Assembly (NCBI GenBank): GCA_951406725.2
Contig: OX597831.1
Span: forward strand, 7,564,001 to 7,628,000
Origin: Octopus vulgaris
Taxonomy: Eukaryota
Reading direction: 5' to 3'
DNA: 64,000 bases
The position numbers were made by a program, and so were the translations under genes. The notes below the pieces were generated by a model. That model made no database searches, was not told the origin of the DNA, and saw only the letters and a list, made by a program, of their open reading frames with translations. Each line of letters starts with the position of its first letter. Position 1 is the stretch's first letter. This document shows, piece by piece, positions 39,394-51,590 of the stretch.

Positions 39394-39552
39394 CCAAATA
39401 ATTGGCCAAACAGACCCAGTCTAGGTTTTCCACTCCATTATTTAATAACTTGGCAGCACTTTTGATCCAATAAGGCAAATCTGCAATTTCTTTCTCAAAG
39501 TTGCCTTTTGTTGATTCTAATAAACTGTTGGAAAGGATTGTCTTCTTCAAGG
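39394..39552 (-). CDS. Exon 7, Death domain N-half: ALKKTILSNSLLESTKGNFEKEIADLPYWIKSAAKLLNNGVENLDWVCLANYL(G)
   Basis: AAG acceptor after a T-tract, donor TGG/gtaaga, 159 nt, phase 1-1. DW..LA..LG is the Death-domain helix motif. Confidence 0.85.
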
Positions 39553-39704
39553 CTTTTACAATAAAAAAAACCCCAAACAAAATAATAATTACAATTAATA
39601 AAGCTTACAGCAATTACCAACATGAAGCTAATTATTGGGTGTGATTACTTTAGTCCTTCACTGGTTTTGGTCACTGAGACTGTGGCATACAGGAGCACCA
39701 TTTA

Positions 39705-39778
<74 letters not shown>

Positions 39779-40613
39779 TAATAATAATAATAATGATGAT
39801 GATGATGATAATAATAATAATAATGATGATGATGATGATAATAATGATAATAATAATGCCCTGATGCAGTATCAGGCAGTGGCTTTCATGGCTTCTGATC
39901 TTAACTGATTGGAAGTGTTATCATGTACATTGTTTTGTCTTGGTATAAAAGATGGGCTGTAGCAAATATTCTGAACCCGGAACCATGTGGTTGGTAAGCA
40001 AGCTACTTTCCACACAGCCACACATATATATGTATATATCATCATCATTTAATGCCTGCTGTCCATGCTGGCATGGGTTGGATGGTTTGACCAGAGCTGG
40101 TAAGCTGCACCAGGCTCCAGTTTGTTCTGGCATGGTTTTTTACAGCTGGATGCCCTTCCTAACACCAACCACTTTACAAAGTGTGCACTGGGTGCTTTTA
40201 TGTGCCACTGCATGCACACTCTTACATGGCACTGCACAGGCACTTTTGTGTGGCACAACACAGGTGCTTTTACATGGTGCCATCTATTAAATTTCACTTA
40301 GAGGTCATTAATCGGTCTGAGTGCTACAAAAGAAGATTCTTGCCTAAGATGCCATGCAATAAGATTTAGACAGGCCAGGTTTCGATTGGTTGCCAAGTAA
40401 ACAGTTTAACAACACAGCCATGTTTGACCTCCTTTTGTAGACTGCACCTCTCCATATTTGGTCCACATTTAAGGGCCCATACCTTCCCGTCTTAGTTGAA
40501 GTATAAAACATTTAAGTCTACCAATTTAGTTAATTGTGTTTCACTTTAACAAGTAAATAATATAAACAATTAAAACATTTTTTTACTCAGAAACATGAGA
40601 AATAAGCACTCAC

Positions 40614-40686
40614 CAACTGTGTGGTGGGGAGGGAACCATTTCTGAACGAATGTCGTCTTCATCCGGCGATGGCCACAACAAATGAC
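40614..40686 (-). CDS. Exon 6: VICCGHRRMKTTFVQKWFPPHHTV
   Basis: Acceptor ccttaaacag, donor TTG/gtgagt, 73 nt, phase 0-1. Confidence 0.85.
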
Positions 40687-41070
40687 CTGTTTAAGGAAAA
40701 AGTAGTAAAAAAAAAATAGAGACAATTTAAAAAAGTGTATGTGTAAAGGTGACAAGTTCAAATCTGTCTCAAGAAGTAAATTTTATTTGTGAGTGGGACA
40801 CTTTACTCAACATTATCTCAGTTCAACTGTTATGGCCACCATCAATTGAGAATGTAACTAACAGAGGAATTATCTCTCACCATCTGTTTCACACCATGAA
40901 AAAAAATCATCCAAGTTAACAATTAACTCCCTCCAGAAACTTCATGTGACTTTTTGTTGATATGTTATATTTTTTTCTCGATAAAAAGACTCTTTAACGA
41001 ACGTAGACTTTTGATATTCACATCTCTCATTCATTTTCTATTATTTATTTTTCCTTCCTTTTTTTTTTTT

Positions 41071-41395
41071 TAGATAAATACTTTCTCTTATTCTATACAT
41101 AAATGTTGAAATTATTCCAAGTTTTCAACCTCTAAAGAAAATTTCACTGTTAAGATATTTATATGCAGGTTTTCTGTATATTTTACTGGTAAGATAAATA
41201 CTATTATCTGTTTGAGAGCTTCTCTGTATATTTCAGTACTAAGATAAATACTATTATCTTAAAGGGTTTTTTTCTCTACATTTTAGCAGTGAGATAAATA
41301 CTCTTCTCTTTTTGTAGGTTTTTCAATATATTTAAGTGCTGAGATAAATTACTATTTCCCTGTGTGTCAATGTTTTTCTCTATATATTTCAACAG
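41071..41395. repeat. 50-bp period degenerate tandem array with AGATAAATACTATTATCT core
   Basis: Cores at 41191, 41241, 41291 and 41341, with outliers at 41071 and 41767. Confidence 0.8.
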
Positions 41396-41692
41396 GAATA
41401 TAGCATCCTCTCTACTGTCACTAGCCACAATAAAATGCACCCAGCACATTTTATAAAGTGGATGGTGACAAGAAGGGCATCGAGGCATAAAAACCAAGAG
41501 AAAGATGAAAGATAAAGGTGTTTCCCCTCTGACCCATCTGGGAGAGCAGTAATTCTAAATAAGAACTGACTCAGACCCTGCAGTAACCTATCCAACCCAT
41601 GCCAGCAAGGAAAACTTCTTCTTCTTCTTGATGATGATGATGATGATGATGATGATTCATAATGATGGTGATGGTGAAGAAGGTGGTGCTGT

Positions 41693-41724
<32 letters not shown>

Positions 41725-41849
41725 GTGAAATAAATATTGTGTGGGTTTTTCATACGTCCCACAGTTGAGGTAAATACTATTATCTCTGTGTAGGAGGTGT
41801 TCTGTGTATATAAATATTTGAAGCAGAGCTCCACCACGGCTAATATTAC

Positions 41850-42200
41850 AATGGTTTTTAGATAACTAGATGATTATTAGTACAGCAATTATAGTAATCA
41901 CGCTGTCACTAGTTATATTAATTGATGTGTCTGGGAGAGTGGGTCAGTCTTTGCTAATTGTCTCTCATGCAAAATTAGATTCTGCGCTGTTGGACATTTT
42001 CGTAACAACAAATAAACTCTGTGGAATTCTTACATTCTTACAAAAGTATCAGCGACATATTTCTTGTAGATTGATGTTGGTTCACCGAAAAATTTAATTG
42101 CTTTCTGTGTCCATGGCTTTCATGACTGCATCTTCAATGAAACCTGATGCAGATGGTGCATAAAATAGCTCCCTACTCATAGGAAATGGGAAGCACTTGA
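41850..42200 (-). mobile_element. Highly decayed Penelope-like RT core
   Basis: Broken frames give FPFPMS…GFIEDAVMKAM and PTSIYKKYVADTFV (compare MGS…FME…RYVDDTF). Confidence 0.55.
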
Positions 42201-42216
42201 CCAACAGCAAAAGCAG

Positions 42217-42588
42217 TGGAGGCGCAATGGCCCAGTGGTTAGGGCAGTGGACTCGTGGTTCGATTCCCAGACCGGGCGTTGTGTGTATTTATTAAGTGAA
42301 AACATCTAAAAGCTCCACGAGGCTCTGGCAGGGGGTGGTGGCGACCCCTGTTGTACTCTGTCGCCCCAACTTTCTCTCACTCTTTCTTCCTGTTTCTTGT
42401 CCCCGACTTCCTACGCAACCGCTGAGCCTGGATGCGCATTCATCCATCCGTCGATTCTCTCGGTGTCGGGGGTTGACCTGCTTTCTCTTCTGCGGGTCTT
42501 ACGAATAGCAAAGGACCACGTTTCGGACTTCTCCCATCTTGCGAGCTCTGGGACAAAGACCGTTTGCTCAACAGTAACAGCAACAGCA
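42217..42588 (+). mobile_element. SINE family C copy
   Basis: Homologous to 17568-17916, with an (AACAGC)-type tail. Confidence 0.9.
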
Positions 42589-43573
42589 TTCATGGGGAAT
42601 AAAGAGGGGGCAGCAACACAAAATGACCAGCCCTATAGAATTTGCTTAAGCTAAAAAAAAAAAGAAATTAAAAAAAGAGCCAAATAGACAAGAGGAATCA
42701 GAGAAATGTAAAAGACAGCAATAAAAAGAAGGAAACGATTCTGTAAAATGGAAATAAAATAAAAAGGTAAAATTATTGAGGTGAAGATAAACAAAGAAAG
42801 ATTTCAGCTATTAGAAGATATCTATCAAAATGAAATGTAAGCCTTCCCTAAATTATTGATATCAGAGGCAGGGAGGAGGTGGAGGGGGGAGGATTGGGTT
42901 AGTAGGCGAGATAATTGTTTGTGTCTAGTGTTACAGGTGTCCTTATTGAAAATGCCTTTTATACATAGTTTACCAAATAGTTTTAATGATGCTCTCCATT
43001 GAAATGTATAATTTACCATTTGTCTTCAAGTTGTTTCCTGCAAATTATAAGTAGAGTCTCTCCTGGTAAACTTGGCCAAAGAATCTTCACATTGAAGTCG
43101 ACCAGAATTCCATTTCCTTTTTACTTTTTTCTTTTTTTTCTTTCTTTCTTTCTGTCATTGAAAACAAACAAGATCTCTTGAAGTCTTGCTATAATGGTCT
43201 TTCAAGTAAATATGCTGTTGATTTCCAGACACCGATTATACTTATTATGTCTGTATTTATTCACCCTTTGTCGTCAATTATTTCTCAGAAAGCTTTCTCA
43301 AAGCAGTCTAAACTAGTTTCTTTACACATTCAAAATGATTATACAGTTAACACATTGCTGGACAATTGATGACAGTACCACAAGATCAAAACCTCCTTCA
43401 GCTGTTGAATTAGATACAAATAATTCAACCCATTGCACTTTGTTTGCTCCACAATAAACATCGGCTTCAAGTATGGCTGTTTGGTAAAGTGGTTCACTTT
43501 GCAACTGCATCCTTTCAGGTTCAATCCCAGTGTATGAGACCAACTGAGTAAGTGTCTTCTACTAAAGCCTTAA

Positions 43574-43783
43574 CCCTTTCGTTACTGTATTTATTTTGAG
43601 ATGCTCTGTGTTTCTTTCAATTACTTTAAATATAACAAAGAATTTAGTAAAAGAATTTAGTTTTCATTAAGCTAGTGTTAGGAACATAAATTGTGACTAA
43701 GGACATTTGTACTCAGGACATTAAAAACAGGACATTTGTACTCAGAACCAGAGCCGGTTTCAGCCGGGTTGGTGACGAAAGGG
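43574..43783. mobile_element. piggyBac-type MITE (~210 bp) inside a family B SINE
   Basis: TTAA|CCCTTTCGTTAC … GTGACGAAAGGG|ATAA termini. Confidence 0.75.
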
Positions 43784-44734
43784 ATAAACCAACAAAACCT
43801 TGATGAATAAAATTTAGTCGAGAGAATCAGAGTAGAAGCATGGCAGTGAGGCCATTCCTGTTCTTAGACAGATCACTTAATCCAGTACCTGAATAACACC
43901 ACTACCACCTGGCCATTTAAATACCTTAAATGCTGCTGTGAGTATTTAATCCAGGTTTCTAATCCTTCCTTCTTCCCACCAATTTCAGTGACCCTGAAAT
44001 TAGTCCTTCCTTTGGCGATGCCATTACAAAAAGAAATTCTCACCATTATTCCAGTCAACATGGCTATCAGGAACCGGTGAATCAATAACAACATGGAGTT
44101 GTTCCCTTTCCTACTTCCCCACCACCCTCTCTTCTTACTTACCATCTCTTATCCTTCCACCTCGAATCCTCACCTGCTCTCTCTTTTCTCCTTCAGTTAT
44201 AGGGGCCACTTTAAGCCCTTAGCCTTGCAATTTATGAAGTGATCCTCACTAGTGTTGGTAGCACAAAGAAATAAAAAAAGCACTCGTTGCACTCTGTTAA
44301 AATGGCAAATGTGAGGAAGGGCACCCAGCCGTGAAGATCATGCCAAAGCAAACACTGGAACATGAAGTGGTCCTTTGACTTGTCAGATCCTGTCAAAATG
44401 TCCAATCCATGACAGTATGGATGTCAGAAAGAAAACCACATGTTTTCTTCTATGTTGAGTCTGACTGTGTGGAATCTTGGACAGGAATCTTCCATAGCCT
44501 CACATTGAACAATGTTTCAAGAGTGAAATTTCTGAGACAGAAACTCTGCAGAAGCCAACATAATTAATAACTGCAATTGTGATAATAGATCAATACATGA
44601 TATCTGAGATCCTGTTACAAAGATATTTCACAACCAAACCCTATTATTTCTAGAGAGGCCCATCTCATATTCCAAGCAGACGGCATTTTTGATAAACTAC
44701 AATGGTTGTTAAAAACATATTCTTGTGACTTACT

Positions 44735-44894
44735 CATGTGGTAAGTAGCTTGCTTACAAACCACATGGTTCCAGGTTCAGTCCCACTGCGTGGCACCTTG
44801 GGCAAGTGTCTTCTACTATAGCCTCGGGCCGACCAAAGCTTTGTGAGTGGATTTGGTAGACGGAAACTGAAAGAAGCCCGTTGTATATATGTAT

Positions 44895-44936
<42 letters not shown>

Positions 44937-45158
44937 AGTGTGTATATGTTTGTGTGTCTGTGTTTGTCCCCCCAACATCGCTTGACAACCGATGCTGGTG
45001 TGTTTACGGCCCCCTAACTTAGCCGTTCGGCAAAAGACACCAATAGAATAAGTACTAGGCTTACAAAGAATAAGTCCTGGGGTTGATTTGCTCAACTAAA
45101 GGCGGTGCTCCAGCATGGCCACAGTCACATGATTGAAACAAGTAAAAGAGTAAAAGAG
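44735..45158 (+). mobile_element. tRNA-headed CORE-like SINE family B, near full length
   Basis: Head gtggtaagtagcttgc, ggttcagtccc, and CORE-like ccttgggcaagtg. Other copies at ~10490-10650, 16110-16250, 22070-22230, 33755-34085, 47190-47340, 50900-51060 and 61305-61685. Confidence 0.85.
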
Positions 45159-45199
45159 ACGGTATATGACCTGAGAACAATTTAAATCTTCAGCCAGGC

Positions 45200-47100
45200 A
45201 GAAAATACGGTTCTCTTTGCCCAGGTTTCCTCTTCTCAGTATTTAGATATCTTGTTTTAGATGTGGTTAATGTTTCTGACAAACACCATCCAAGGTAGTT
45301 TTCCTTGTCTTATAGCTGCTTTTTCATTTACATCAACTTTTGACACAACTTCTTTTGTGAAATCATTAATCTGAACCAATGGCTATGATGATTGCGTCAG
45401 TTTTTATCTGCTTAGTTGAGTTTTGTTGAAGGATTCTTCACAAAACTAGGACACTAATTTTACAAAGTGATTCCAAGCGGTGATATGTGATCTGAATAAT
45501 GGTCATTAAATCTTCCATAGATATTAACCAAGTCTGAGAAAAGATTCTAATAGCTTCTCGTCGTTTGTCAGTTTTCATGTCTATAATTCTTGCAGCTAAA
45601 TGATAATCTGGTGATGTATGTCTTCATCTGTCAGACAATATCCAAGGAAAGACAATTCACCAATCTCTAACACAGATCTCAACTCATTTGATCACCAGGC
45701 CTGAGAATTTCAACTTTTTATGATTGTACATAATCATTATCATCGTTTAACGTCCGTTTTCCGTGCTAGCACAGGTTGGACGGTTCGACCAGGGTCTGGG
45801 AAGCCAGGAGGCTGCACCAGGCTCCAGTCTGATCTGGCAGTGTTTCTACAGCTGGATGCCCTTCCTAACGCCAACCACTCCATGAATGTTGTGGGTGCTT
45901 TTTACATGCCACCGGCACAGGTGCCAGGGGAGGCTGGTAGCGGCCACAATCAGTTGGTGCTTTTTACATGTTTCAAAGTTTGGTACAAGGCCGTCAGTTT
46001 CAGGAGAGAGGGGCAAGTCAATTACATCAACCCCAGTACAAAACTGGTACTTATTTTATCAACCCTGAAAGAATGAAAGGCAAAGATCAATCTTGGTAGA
46101 ATTTGAACTCAAAACACAAAGACAGACGAAATTATCCATGTTCCAACAGTATGTTCTATTACCCTCCAAAATGTAGATCTTCCTGTTTTAATTCCATATT
46201 GGAAACATGTTCACCTTAAAACAATCTTGGGTGTATTTAATGTAGTAACATCTCTTTCTTGAAAATACATTTCAATTTGTTGATATGCTTCCTTTAAATC
46301 CATTTTGGCAAAATAATTCTTCACTTGAAAACAACAAAACTCAATCCAGTATTTAGGGAATGGATAAGATCCTGAACAAATTCTTTCCTTTGCATCTAAT
46401 TTATAGTTCCCTCATATTCCGAGATCTCTTTATCCATCTTTCGCACACTAACTAAATCAGAGATCCATTTATTCCTTCCAGGAAGAACTTTCTTAAAATC
46501 TTTTATTAATTAATTTCCTTACTTTAACAAGTATTGATAATGGTTTTTGCCTCAAAATAGCATGGTTTCATATCACCTTTGAGAAGGATGTTAAGCCATG
46601 AAACCTCTTAATCTCTCAAATCGTCTTGGGGTTTCAATCTCAAGAATTAATGTTGAACAATCAACATTCATTCTTCGTGTTCAGATCAACAACCTATTAT
46701 TATTTTTTTCATCCTACAACAATGACACTCACAATCTCACTATTCTCCTTGCCAATTACCATTAATGCATCAGACTCTCTCAGAATCTCAAAGACTGATC
46801 CATCAAATTGTTTTAGTTGGAAATCACATTTTCTTAATTTTGCTTTATTCAAATCCATCCAGGAATTCTCAGCTTTTGCAGTTACTTGGCTGTCAATGTG
46901 GCTGGCACTTTAATGTTAACATTATCGAGTTTCGCAATCATCATTCCATATTTTTTATTCCAATTTCACAAATACTTGCAGAATCTTCATTTTCAATTTC
47001 TTCAATTCCCTCAACCATTTCCTTAAATTATATATTGTCCTCAAAATGATTCTTTTTTCTCCCCACATTTAATACATATTTGAGCAAATACAGGATATTC
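45200..47100 (-). mobile_element. Decayed Ty3/gypsy pol (RT to RNase H) split by later insertions at ~45735-46130
   Basis: KWISDLVSVRK, SYPFP, KNYFAKMDLKEAYQQI, TTLNTPK, FQYGIK, ELSFLGY, LLESFL and NIYGRFNDHYSDHISPL across stops and frameshifts. Confidence 0.8.
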
Positions 47101-47699
47101 AGAGGATGCGTGTTTAGATCCGCAAAAGAAATATTAAGACTTAGATATTTGTTTCTTTAAGGCACTGACATGGGGGGTTGGTGTGCTTATGTAGCACACA
47201 TATAAGAAGTTTGCTATGCAATCCCAGGGTCCTGGATTCAGTCTCACAGTGCAGCACCTTGGGCAAATTACCTTCTCTAAAACCCCAGGCCAACCAAAGA
47301 GGATTCGGGAGAGGGGAAACTAAAAGAAGCCTATTATATGTGTGCATGTGTTCATGGCTTGTTTTGATGTCACATGATAATCGTAAACAACATCACCATG
47401 ATACAAGCTTTCTACCATTAAAAACATTTCCTACTAAGGTGCTGTCTGTGTTCAAAGGTTAATGGGAAAATATTATTTTGATGAAAAATAGGTGAGGGTT
47501 GGTGACAGGAAAAGCATCTGGCCATGAAAAGAAATCTGCCACATCAACTTTCATTTGACCCATTCAAGCACGGAAAAGTGGACATTAAACTGATGATGAT
47601 GATGATGGTGGTGGTTGTGGTGATGATGATGATGATGATGATGATGCCAAACAACAGAGAGATCTTAGATCTTGGGATTGAAAATTTCTACTAATTACC

Positions 47700-47911
47700 A
47701 ACTTATAAGTGGATGTTTCATCAAGAAAATGTGGACAGAACTAAAGGTAAGAGTTCATCAGAAGAATCCATGCAATCTTGAAGATCTGTGGGTGCTCAGC
47801 TACAGAGAATGGCATCTCATACCTGTGAAGATGGTGAAGGATTTGTATGCATCTCTTTCCAGGTGTATTGAAGCAATTATCCAAGCTAAGGGAAGCCACA
47901 CGAAATATTAA
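47700..47911 (+). mobile_element. Tc1/mariner transposase C-terminal remnant
   Basis: MWTELKVRVHQKNPCNLEDLW…EWHLIP…LYASLSRCIEAIIQAKGSHTKY* is the canonical Tc1 C-terminus. Confidence 0.85.
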
Positions 47912-48047
47912 CAATGTACAGTAACTTCTTGAAATGAACATTATGTAATAAATTTTCATGATAGACATTTTTCTGTTTTAAAACACTGTATCTTGATTGG
48001 TTTATGTGAGGTGGCTGAAAACTTTTGCATGGCCATTTTTGGTGGTC

Positions 48048-48324
48048 GATACCAGTGCCACCTCGACTGGCTTCCGTGCCGGTGGCACGTAAAATGCACC
48101 AATCCGACCGTGGCCGTTGCCAGCCTCGCCTGGCACCTGTGCAGGTGGCACGTAAAAAGCACCCACTACACTCACGGAGTGGTTGGCATTAGGAAGGGCA
48201 TCCAGCTGTAGAAACATTGCCAGATAAGACTGGAGCCTGGTGCAGCCTTCTGGCTTCCCAGATCCCCGGTCGAACCGTCCAACCCATGCTAGCATGGAAA
48301 GCGGATGCTAAATGATGATGATGA
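48048..48324 (+). mobile_element. RTE 3'-end copy flanked by a 61-bp target-site duplication
   Basis: 47987-48047 matches 48325-48385 with 2 mismatches. Confidence 0.9.
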
Positions 48325-48724
48325 TGTATCTTGATTGGTTTTTGTGAGGTGGCAGAAAACTTTTGCATGGCCATTTTTGGTGGTCATCTCACATCTTCCC
48401 CTGTCATTCAGAACCCCTACTACAAAATACAATGATTAGGTATGGAAATGACTCCAACAGGGCCAATGTTTCATCTGTAAAAAAACACAATGCGAAACAT
48501 ACACTTACAAGTTGGTAATTAGTAGAAATTTACAATAGTTTAAAGTGGCTGAAGTCTTTTGCTCGGTATTATGTAAAATTTCAAACCCTTGCATTAAAAT
48601 TCGAATCACAAATTTCAAATTGATAAAAATTGATATGGGACTAGCCAGAGTTTTATCTTTGACTTGTTTCAGGCATTCAACTGCGACCATGCTGGGGCAC
48701 CACCTTGGAGGGATTAGTGAAACA

Positions 48725-48957
48725 AATTTCTTTACTACCCACAAGGGTCTACACACAGAGGGGACAAACAACAACAGACAAAGGTATTCAGTCAATTACA
48801 TCGCCCCCAGTGCGTAACTGGTACTTAATTTATCGACCCCGAAAGGATGAAAGGCAAAGTCGACCTCAGTGGAATTTGAACTCAGAACGTAACGGCAGAC
48901 GAAATATGGCGACACATTTCGCCCGGCGTGCTAACGTTTCTGCCAGCTCACCGCCTT
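48725..48957 (-). mobile_element. SINE family A copy
   Basis: Homologous to 3817-4049. Confidence 0.9.
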
Positions 48958-49191
48958 ATACTTATACCATCGGTCTCTTTTGTCAAGCAGCTAAGTTAAG
49001 GGGACATAAACAAACCACTTGCCCAAGGTCTCACATAGTGCAAGTTTCTTAACTACACAACCATGATTAAGACCTAGGAAAATGTTGTCTCAGAATGGTC
49101 ACAGTCCAATGATTGAAACCAGTAAATGGAGAGAAAAATGTAAAAAGAAGAAAGGACGGGGTGCCAAGAACATGGAATAAAGGAGACTAAC

Positions 49192-49371
49192 CTTTTTGCT
49201 AAGGCATTCATCAAGATCAAGAAAATGAAGACAAATTTCAGCCGTACAACCACTGATATGATGAAAATCACATAACTGACCACATGGACAACTGACGCTG
49301 GTGCTGTAGGAGATACGCTTCATCCATACTTCCCGCAGTCGAAGAAGTGTTGTGTCCAAAAAATTACGGAC
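49192..49371 (-). CDS. Exon 5, end of COR plus Cys/His cluster: VRNFLDTTLLRLREVWMKRISYSTSVSCPCGQLCDFHHISGCTAEICLHFLDLDECLSKK
   Basis: Acceptor tttcaacag, donor AAG/gttagt, 180 nt, phase 0-0. Overlaps ORF 49099..49359. Confidence 0.9.
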
Positions 49372-49466
49372 CTGTTGAAATAGAAAATGGCTTTTTTTTT
49401 TAAACCCTTAATTTAAAATTTTTTTAAATAAAAAATAGCAATCCTTTCATGAGATAATATTCTATT

Positions 49467-50121
49467 GAAGAAAGAAAGAAGGAAGGAAGAGAAGAAAGAA
49501 AGAAAGAAGGAAGGAAGGAAAGAAAGAAAAAAAGAAAGAAGGCAGGAAAGAAGGAAGGAAGGAAAGAAAGAAAGAAAGAAGGCAGGAAAGAAGGAAGGAA
49601 GGAAGGAAAGAAAGAAAGAAAGAAGGCAGGAAAGAAGAAAGGAAGGAAGGAAAGAAAGAAGGAAGGAAAGAAGGAAGGAAGGAAGGAAGGAAGGAAGGAA
49701 GGAAAGAAAGGAAGGAAGGAAGGAAAGAAAGAAGGCAGGAAAGAAGGAAGGAAGGAAAGAAGGAAGGAAAGAAGGAAGGAAGGAAGGAAAGAAAGAAGGC
49801 AGGAAGGAAGGAAGGAAGGAAGGAAGGAAAGAAAGCAGGAAGGAAGGAAGGAAGGAAAGAAGGAAGGAAGGAAAGAAAGAAAGCAGGAAAGAAGGAAGGA
49901 AGGAAAGAAAGAAGGCAGGAAAGAAGGAAGGAAGGAAAGGAAGGAAAGAAAGAAAGAAGGAAGGAAGGAAAGAAAGGAAAGAAAGAAAGAAGGCAGGAAA
50001 GAAGGAAGGAAGGAAAGAAAGAAAGAAAGAAGGCAGGAAAGAAGGAAGGAAAGAAAGAAAGAAAGAAGGCAGGAAAGAAGGAAGGAAGGAAGGAAGGAAA
50101 GAAGGAAGGAAGGAAAGAAAG
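49467..50121. repeat. ~650-bp (GGAA/GAAA)n polypurine satellite
   Basis: Directly visible; almost pure purine with periodic GGCAGG variants. Confidence 0.97.
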
Positions 50122-51488
50122 ACACTCTTCAATGCTTTGAATGAATTTTGGAAATGAGATTTAAGGATTTAGTGAAATAGCTTTTCTGTTAAGAGGCTGG
50201 GTATTTTGGAACATAATTTAAGAATAAGCAAAACTAGGACCAGGGTATTCAGTACCTTAGGACAGACCAACAATGTGTGACCCCTTTTTCCAACAAGAAC
50301 CCCATCTCTGATTTTGTCTTCAACATTCTCTATGCATTGAATTTATTACCTTTGCTGGAAAATGCATGCACACACACAATGTACAACAGGCTTCTTTCAG
50401 TTTCCATCAACTCCCAAGGATTTGGTCAACCCAGGGCTACAACAGAAGACACTTGACTGAACCCAGAACCATGTGGTCGGAATACAAGCTACTTGACCAC
50501 ACGGCCATTCAGTCACATGACAAAGACAAAACTGATTAACAGAAAACAAAATAAACCTTAATTATTTATATTCATTAAGCTACATTATTTAAATGAAAGT
50601 GCATGGCTTAGTGGACACATCATTGTCAGGTTGAGGGTTCAATTCTTGAATAGAGTGGTACATTCTGTCCTTGAGCAAGGCACTTCATTACTCTTTACAC
50701 CAGTGCATTAACCCTGTAATGTATTGGTGTCCTGCTCAGGGGCAAGTCTTGTATTTTCAGTCACTAAACATCTCAGATATTCAGATAAGCCCTTCTGGCT
50801 CAAAGCCAATTTTTAATATTATTTAAACTAAATTGGATTTTGTCTTCAATGCTCTGTTTTTTTTTCTTTTTTTAGTTCAGTTGCTTTATTAAGAGACACA
50901 AGCATGGTTGTGTGGTTAAGAAGCTTCCTTCCCAGCCATATGGTTTTGGGTTCAGTTCCACTCCATGGCACCTTGGTCAAATGTCTTCTACTCTACTGCC
51001 AGATCAATCAAAGACTCTATTGGCTAGATGGAAACTGAAAGAATCTTTTATCATGTTGCACTTGTGTGTCTGTGTGTTTATGTGTACCCTTGTCTTGACA
51101 TCACATCTAGCCATGGGGAAATATTACTTCACTAGGATACAGGTAAGGATTGGTGACAGGAAGGGCATCCAGTTGTGGAAAAATCTCACCAAATTCTGTC
51201 TCCACTTGCAAGCAAGGAAAAGTGGACATTAAATGATGATGATGATTAAAACTAAACTAGGGTAAGTCTTAATTACACCCTTCTCTCCACCCCACACCCC
51301 TATTCAAAATAATAGAATTCAATTAATAATTTGGTTGGCTATTTCTAAAAACAATCTTCATTTTGAATCCACAGTCCCTGATGATGATGATGATGATAAT
51401 GAGTCCCTGTAACATCTCAGTGATACAGATCAGATTTGTAAGCTTAGGTTCCCTTTGATAGGAGAATATTATTAACACAAATGAATAC

Positions 51489-51590
51489 CTTAGCAACTGC
51501 TTGGGGGCTCGTTACAAGAGGAGCTTTCTGTCCATTGTCGCTAATATAAACATCCTCTTCTCTGGCTTCGGCAACACGCATCACAACAAC
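51489..51590 (-). CDS. Exon 4: VVVMRVAEAREEDVYISDNGQKAPLVTSPQAVAK
   Basis: Acceptor ttgtttgcag, donor AAG/gtattc, 102 nt, phase 0-0, open frame. Confidence 0.8.

Noticed and set aside
36883-39552. Calling the gene MyD88, SARM1, DAPK1, LRRK2 or MFHAS1
   Set aside because: The architecture matches none of them: COR precedes the Death-TIR pair, there are no SAM domains, no kinase follows COR, and the 5' part is unseen. No symbol assigned.
41191-41395. CRISPR-like repeat-spacer appearance (also the RTE UTR hairpin units)
   Set aside because: Eukaryotic intron, degenerate repeats, spacers related to each other, and no cas genes.
49413-50157. Longest ORFs in the track (230-239 aa; FLPS / KEGR repeats)
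   Set aside because: They are translations of the GGAA/GAAA satellite, with no splice or domain support.
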